DNA of 64,000 nucleotides from an uncultured virus (IMG/VR IMGVR_UViG_3300031659_000001) (Duplodnaviria; Heunggongvirae; Uroviricota; Caudoviricetes): IMG/VR virus record IMGVR_UViG_3300031659_000001; one strand, 5' to 3'. Shown piece by piece: positions 58,586 to 64,000 of this stretch (position 1 is its first letter; each line of letters starts with the position of its first letter). The notes under the pieces were generated by a model. It saw only the letters and a program-made list of their open reading frames with translations, ran no database searches and was not told where the DNA came from. The position numbers and the translations under genes were made by a program.

Positions 58586-58945
58586 ATGGTAAGACTAACA
58601 GGCTATGTGACAATCGCAGGACGACGAGAACATTTGAATTGGACAATACAAGGATCACGCCTCATCGAAGGTGCTGGTCTGTCCGGTTCGGAAATAACTG
58701 TCCACGCTGACTCACCTGTTGCTTCGACCGCCCCTGTGACACCGGCAACCCCGGCACTGGAACCAACGGAACCGACATCATACGATGGCATGAACAAGAC
58801 CGAATTACAGGTATTGTGTAGTCAGCGTGAACTGTCCACCGCAGGAACCAAAGCCGATCTGATTGCCCGTTTGAGCGAAGGCGTAGAAGCCGAACCAGCA
58901 AAAACAGAAGGTGAAATAGATGGCGACGAAAGCGATAGTGAGTGA
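58586..58945 (+). CDS. SAP-domain protein
   Basis: YDGMNKTELQVLCSQRELSTAGTKADLIARL. Confidence 0.8.
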   Translation: MVRLTGYVTIAGRREHLNWTIQGSRLIEGAGLSGSEITVHADSPVASTAPVTPATPALEPTEPTSYDGMNKTELQVLCSQRELSTAGTKADLIARLSEGVEAEPAKTEGEIDGDESDSE

Positions 58946-59285
58946 CCTAATTGTAGGCAGTGAAGCAGAAGAACACACGGTGGAAACGCCGTTTGGTGAA
59001 ATGACCCTTTGGATTACTCCATTGTCTTGGGTGCAACGACAAAACGCTTTGACTAAGTTCGTTTCGTTGGCCGCCGATGATAGCGGCAACATGGCACCAA
59101 GTATTGACTTTGGTGGCTACTGGAAGTTCATGCTCACAACCTGTATCGAACGCACCGAACCAGCCCTCACAACAAAGCAATTGCTAAACATTCGCCCCGA
59201 AGTAGGTGCCGCTATTCAATCCGTATTACCTTCGTTTGAAGATCTAATGGCGGGAATGGCAGGGGCTACCGGCCCTTTGGCATAA
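58920..59285 (+). CDS. Tail assembly chaperone (gpG-like)
   Basis: Position; ends with slippery heptamer C CCT TTG. Confidence 0.65.
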   Translation: MATKAIVSDLIVGSEAEEHTVETPFGEMTLWITPLSWVQRQNALTKFVSLAADDSGNMAPSIDFGGYWKFMLTTCIERTEPALTTKQLLNIRPEVGAAIQSVLPSFEDLMAGMAGATGPLA

Positions 59286-59614
59286 CCCTTGAAGATGTCC
59301 GGGGTTTTATGAACTGGGACGGAGAGGGCGAACCGACACTCGCACCATACAAAATGCCTATTCTTGCTTCGGCTATGCCGGTTTTCTTCCTCGGTCATTT
59401 CTTCAAGTGTGCCCCATCCTCTTGGGATGACTTGCCGCCCGAAAGGGTGGTTTTGGATTATTATATTCTGTCAGCATTCAAGGAATTAGAAGCCAAACAA
59501 ATGGAAGAATTGAAGCGTGAGAACACTGTGGGCGGTGCTAAGGGGAAAGCGGTTCGCACGACAAGTGACTCCGACTTCTTTGAAAGAATGAACTCAAAAT
59601 TAGGAGGTGAGTGA
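59273..59614 (+). CDS. Tail assembly chaperone -1 frame extension (gpT-like)
   Basis: -1 frame is open from the slippery site through the 59309..59614 ORF. Confidence 0.6.
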   Translation, partial: PFGITLEDVRGFMNWDGEGEPTLAPYKMPILASAMPVFFLGHFFKCAPSSWDDLPPERVVLDYYILSAFKELEAKQMEELKRENTVGGAKGKAVRTTSDSDFFERMNSKLGGE

Positions 59615-59616
59615 AT

Positions 59617-61185
59617 ATGGGTGTAATGAAGAAGGTAGATATTGCGACCTTAGACACTATTGCAACCTACCAGCAATTCAACGATGTTCTAACCTTAATC
59701 CCCGATTCTACGAGAATGGCGATCAAGTTCTTAGGGCCACTCGCCACAGGAATGATGAAATTAGATATGTTCACCCAAAGCCTTACCAAAACCCTTGGGC
59801 TTGGTAAAAAGGAGATGGATGGATTAGGCGATGGAATGGAAGAAACCGCCGGTAAGGTTGAGTCGTCGGGTGGCATTATGGGAATGGCCGTATCTGTCCT
59901 CACATTACCATTCAAAGCCCTTGGTGGGACTCTCAAATTAGTGGGTGGTATGTTCACCAAATTATTACTTGGTATTCTCCCTCTTATTGGTATTTTTATG
60001 GCTGTCACGGGTATAGTTATGCTCTTTGTTGCCGCCTTCGATAAAGGAGGCGGTTCGTTGAAACAGTGGTTATCCGATCTGCCAGTAATAGGCGGTTTGA
60101 TGGATGTGATGGTAGGAACGATTGAAAGAATCAAAGCACTGTGGGAAACACTGAAAGCGAATATCACATTACCCGAAGGAACCGATAGCGAGTCTTTTAT
60201 GGCGGGAATTATTGATGGTCTTACTATGGTTGTTGAGATTTTTATTGCATACTGGACTACCATTTCCACTATGGTTTTCGGTTTTATTACCGCCCTTGCC
60301 GAAGCAGGGATTTTTCAAGCCATAATTGATGGTTTTGTAAGTATCTATGAAGGTTTCATGGGTGCTTGGGACATGATTAACTCCGCACTTGGAGATGGCG
60401 GAATACAGTCATTCTTTGACATGATTCTTGGGTTATGGGACTATCTCATCTCTTTCCTTGTCAATTCGGGGATTTTTGGTTTTATTGGCGATCTTATCGA
60501 AATGGTTGGTGAGTTCATAGGAACTTGGATGTTCCTTGCTGGGGCTATCATATCCGTTGTCATACGGATTGTCAAGTTCGTCTATCCGTATATCGCACCT
60601 TATTACAAAATGCTGATAGCCGCTTTCGGTATCATTTTAGCCGTTGTTATGGGTGTTATTCGCACCGTTATGAAAGTATTTAGTGCCTTAATGGCCGTTC
60701 TTCGTGGTGACTTTGACAAAGCCGGTGACATCATCAAATCCATTGGTGATGTTTGGACAGACACATTTGATGGGATAAAGACCTTCTTCAAACAATTCGT
60801 GAACAGCCTTATTGATTTCATATCACCCCTATTCAAAATAATTAACGGTGCAATTGGCCTCTTCAACAAAATACCCGGAATACCCGATTTACCGAAAATA
60901 AATGTTGGAGGATTGAAACTGGCAAAGGGTGGTGTAGTTAGTGGGCCAAGATCCGGTTATAGTGCTGAATTACACGGCACCGAAGCAGTAGTTCCACTAC
61001 CCGACGGTAGAAGCATTCCAGTCACCATGCAAGGTAATGCTGGTGGTGGTGGCGAAACAACAGTCAATATCAATGTCTCCGGTGCAAACGGCGACCCCCG
61101 CAAGATAGCACGAATGGTGGGAGAAGAAGTAGGGCGTTTGTTCAAAAGCCGAAGCCGCAGTGGTGGATTTACGAGGGGGGTATGA
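59617..61185 (+). CDS. Tape measure protein
   Basis: Long amphipathic/hydrophobic helices; C-terminal LAKGGVVSGP...ELHGTEAVVPL. Confidence 0.85.
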   Translation: MGVMKKVDIATLDTIATYQQFNDVLTLIPDSTRMAIKFLGPLATGMMKLDMFTQSLTKTLGLGKKEMDGLGDGMEETAGKVESSGGIMGMAVSVLTLPFKALGGTLKLVGGMFTKLLLGILPLIGIFMAVTGIVMLFVAAFDKGGGSLKQWLSDLPVIGGLMDVMVGTIERIKALWETLKANITLPEGTDSESFMAGIIDGLTMVVEIFIAYWTTISTMVFGFITALAEAGIFQAIIDGFVSIYEGFMGAWDMINSALGDGGIQSFFDMILGLWDYLISFLVNSGIFGFIGDLIEMVGEFIGTWMFLAGAIISVVIRIVKFVYPYIAPYYKMLIAAFGIILAVVMGVIRTVMKVFSALMAVLRGDFDKAGDIIKSIGDVWTDTFDGIKTFFKQFVNSLIDFISPLFKIINGAIGLFNKIPGIPDLPKINVGGLKLAKGGVVSGPRSGYSAELHGTEAVVPLPDGRSIPVTMQGNAGGGGETTVNINVSGANGDPRKIARMVGEEVGRLFKSRSRSGGFTRGV

Positions 61186-61188
61186 CGG

Positions 61189-62454
61189 GTGCCAAAAATA
61201 CAATTGATTCGCAAGGACGGCGGTATAATTGAACTCGACGCCACCAGTATCGGTATGTCAGTGACCCGTGGTGTTTCAACATGGCCTATACCCATCATCG
61301 CTACCCGTGCTGGGTTGGATCTCAACGCAAACACACTCTCAATCAACATAGAGGGGGTTATCAAAGACGACGATTCCAGCACTGGTGACAACCCCGCCGC
61401 CTGTATTCTTGACCTTTCAAGACCTACTGGTGCTTTTGCCTCTTGGTTCGATCAGCAAAAGGCTCTCGGCCATAACTCCATGACATTGGTGATAAACGCA
61501 CTGCACGGGAAGGAAATTATATTCAGCACGGCTGGGCAAGTAGGGGCTGGGGCTGGTGAAAAAATCACACTTCGGTTCGACAAAGCGAGTTCTTTCTCAA
61601 GCAGTGTTGCCACAGATTCAGTCGTTCGTGTCAATTTGTCGGGGACTGTGACCCAAACAAGCCACATCGCTACCGCAATAAAAGCGGCCTTGGACGCTGG
61701 ACAATGCAAAGTTGGTGCCACTACAACAAACATCAGTGCCCTCCTTTCTACAACGCTTTCAGTCGGCACGAAGTCGGTTATCAGCAAAAGTTCACAGGGA
61801 TTAAGTAGTGGGAGTTCTATTGGGAATGAGAAGGTCACTATAACAAATATCGTCACTGGAAAGAACGGCAACCGCACTATCACCAAGCAAGGCTCTCCGC
61901 AGTATTCCGGTGTGAACGACTGGTTGGCTACATTCTTCATTTCATCATTCACAGGTGGTGTAGATGGTTCTCGCAAGAGTAAAGGCGACAAGATACAGGA
62001 TTTGTTGAATATGACAATCAATGCTTCGGCTGGTGGTGCTATGATTTCACCTCAAGCCTTGACAGGCGACCTTGTTGAAATGCCGGATTCGTTGTCATCC
62101 TTTGACGCTTCAAAGTTGCTGGGTATCAGTGAATCCGCTTCTGTCCGAAAATACATCGTCGGTTTGCGAATCCCCTATGAATCCATGATCACAGCAGGAG
62201 GACAGGGTGAAGTCTTACGCCAATTCATCATTCCATCGGGGCCGGGAACAGACTACCCATCCGAAGACAACACAGAACCATTTGACCCAACAAACGACGA
62301 AGGCGGTGTCATCACACGCCCCAATCCATTTTTCCGCCAAAAGGTAGCAATACCGGGCGTAGTGCAAACATTCACACCCGCCTACGCCGCAGGTGATTCG
62401 GTTTGGACATATACACTTGGATTCCAAGCCGTCGAACAATTGATTGGGATTTGA
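61189..62454 (+). CDS. Putative distal tail protein
   Basis: Follows tape measure; S/T/G-rich insertion. Confidence 0.5.
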   Translation: MPKIQLIRKDGGIIELDATSIGMSVTRGVSTWPIPIIATRAGLDLNANTLSINIEGVIKDDDSSTGDNPAACILDLSRPTGAFASWFDQQKALGHNSMTLVINALHGKEIIFSTAGQVGAGAGEKITLRFDKASSFSSSVATDSVVRVNLSGTVTQTSHIATAIKAALDAGQCKVGATTTNISALLSTTLSVGTKSVISKSSQGLSSGSSIGNEKVTITNIVTGKNGNRTITKQGSPQYSGVNDWLATFFISSFTGGVDGSRKSKGDKIQDLLNMTINASAGGAMISPQALTGDLVEMPDSLSSFDASKLLGISESASVRKYIVGLRIPYESMITAGGQGEVLRQFIIPSGPGTDYPSEDNTEPFDPTNDEGGVITRPNPFFRQKVAIPGVVQTFTPAYAAGDSVWTYTLGFQAVEQLIGI

Positions 62455-62460
62455 TGTCAA

Positions 62461-64000
62461 ATGCCGATTAAGAAAATACATTCACAGGCGATCCGCTTGA
62501 ACGGATTCACGGATGGAATGGTTGTTCCTACTGGCGCATTCCGTGAAAGTGGTGTGGATTTGTATGCCGCATCACATACGGAAAAAACCGGCTCAACGAA
62601 CAAGGTTCCTTCTTACAATAGTGACGAACCAAAAATAGGTTTGCGTCATATCCCAAACGAAGGCAACGGTTTGAACAATATAATTGGCCCATTTACTATC
62701 GAAGCCTTTGTCATACCGGACAAAGGGGGGGTAGTGGTGCATAAGGAGAATTGCTACACTCTTTCTATCGGAGAACCACATAAACAAGGCAAAGCGTCAT
62801 TCGTAGTCCACACCCGTAGCATTTCGGGTGAAAATAACGGTGAACAGGTAGAAACCCCATACGACTTCCCATCAACCGAAAACATATCACTTTGGGGCGG
62901 GCAAAGTGCTTATTTCGACTCATCATCCGACCTCTTGCCGCACGATTTGGATTTACCCAACCAACCACTCATCTATCTCAATGCTCAATTCACTGGTTCC
63001 GACATTCGTCTTTACATTAACGGGGATTTAGTAGCAAAACAAGACTTTGGTGGTGAAGAACGCATATTACAGTCCAGTTCATCCGATCTGTTCATTGGTG
63101 GGCGTGGTGGAGAGTTCCGTGGTGTCATAGAAAGTGTTCGCATTAGTCGAGGAACCATAGCCCCTAAATTACAACAATTCACCAAAACGCCGGTCACTAT
63201 GGGTCTTTGGGACTTTGAAGACGAAGACGATATTCCCGACATTTACTTCTTTAATAACAAATCACCTTCGCATTCATATGCTGGGGCTGATGGGGTTGGA
63301 CAAAATGACGATGAAATGCCTTATCCTATGGTATGTGTTGGTTATGATTTCAATAATGTGACTGTGAGTGGAACGATTACAACACCCATTACACTTGCGG
63401 CTGGCTACAATTACGGGCGTTTCAAAATACGAAACTTTCCGGGTAGTGCCCCAACAGCCTTGAAAATGATTGCTTCACACATGTTATCGGTTCCTATTGA
63501 TGAACTACCGCTTCAATCGTGGTGGAACAACGGTGCTGGTTATCTCGATGTGGGGGCAACAGTCACCAAAGCACGCTATCATGCTGATGGATTGCCTGTA
63601 AGCAATTTGAATGCGGTGATCAACGCCAGTGGAACCGACCCGATAACCGGCGGCTCATTCAGTTCTTTTGACTATAATTCGACTAATTTAGACCCAAGCG
63701 GTGGTATAAGCCTCAATCCGATGGCTAATCCCATTGAACGAATCCGCATCATAGCCCTCGATTTCACCACAGATGAGGTAATAGTTCAAAGTAGTTTCCT
63801 ACAAGGAACGACGGCTGACGCTAAAACGACCGGCTTTTTGTTTAGTCACCCCGACAATACACCCGTGTGGTTCACTCTCGGAAATGCTGATTTAATGATA
63901 GACCCCGGAAACGATGCCCGACCAAAAGGCCAAATGACACGGGCACGATTCACACAGGGACAGCGTTTTGAAGACAGATCTGGATTCGGGAATGAGGCAT
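62461..64000 (+). CDS. Tail protein with LamG/concanavalin-like domain, partial
   Basis: Frame from ATG 62461 appears open to window end; FTIEAFV...LYING...LFIGG...FRGVIESVRIS...GLWDFE. Confidence 0.75.
   Translation, partial: MPIKKIHSQAIRLNGFTDGMVVPTGAFRESGVDLYAASHTEKTGSTNKVPSYNSDEPKIGLRHIPNEGNGLNNIIGPFTIEAFVIPDKGGVVVHKENCYTLSIGEPHKQGKASFVVHTRSISGENNGEQVETPYDFPSTENISLWGGQSAYFDSSSDLLPHDLDLPNQPLIYLNAQFTGSDIRLYINGDLVAKQDFGGEERILQSSSSDLFIGGRGGEFRGVIESVRISRGTIAPKLQQFTKTPVTMGLWDFEDEDDIPDIYFFNNKSPSHSYAGADGVGQNDDEMPYPMVCVGYDFNNVTVSGTITTPITLAAGYNYGRFKIRNFPGSAPTALKMIASHMLSVPIDELPLQSWWNNGAGYLDVGATVTKARYHADGLPVSNLNAVINASGTDPITGGSFSSFDYNSTNLDPSGGISLNPMANPIERIRIIALDFTTDEVIVQSSFLQGTTADAKTTGFLFSHPDNTPVWFTLGNADLMIDPGNDARPKGQMTRARFTQGQRFEDRSGFGNEA

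Noticed and set aside
1..64000. tRNA, rRNA, integrase, transposase or intein
   Set aside because: None recognised by eye; tRNAscan-SE and HMM searches would be needed to exclude them.

Overview
This window is part of a tailed archaeal dsDNA virus genome (Caudoviricetes). The gene set (group II chaperonin, GGAGG/GGTGA ribosome-binding sites, archaeal-virus-type portal, protease and capsid) best fits a magrovirus-like virus of Marine Group II/Poseidoniales archaea; host and taxon are inferred. Layout: (1) 1-7704, a minus-strand early region of ATGA-coupled micro-ORFs, a DUF932-like protein and a UvrD-like helicase; (2) 7705-8732, a repeat-rich non-coding strand-switch region; (3) 8733-25386, HMG-CoA lyase, then an array of enzymes (ADP-ribosyltransferase-like, GNAT, HipA/PI3K-like kinase, HExxH peptidase, papain-like, Dam-like methyltransferase, Gp88-like) interrupted by a thermosome; (4) 25961-29647, a membrane-protein and small-GTPase module; (5) 29675-64000, head and tail morphogenesis genes. 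The main discovery candidate is a ~12-aa peptide, (T/S)AF(D/E)xA(W/F)x(L/I/V)(L/I/V)K, present about 26 times at N-terminal, internal and C-terminal positions of unrelated proteins. It ends in the same hydrophobic-hydrophobic-Lys pattern seen in the capsid and protease/scaffold proteins. It may be a capsid-targeting and protease-cleavage tag for a modular set of virion-delivered effectors. Other observations: apparent avoidance of YCWGR except where it overlaps GATC, a PA-X-like +1 frameshift candidate, and a -1 frameshift in the tail chaperone. All calls are from motifs read by eye; no database searches or counts were run.
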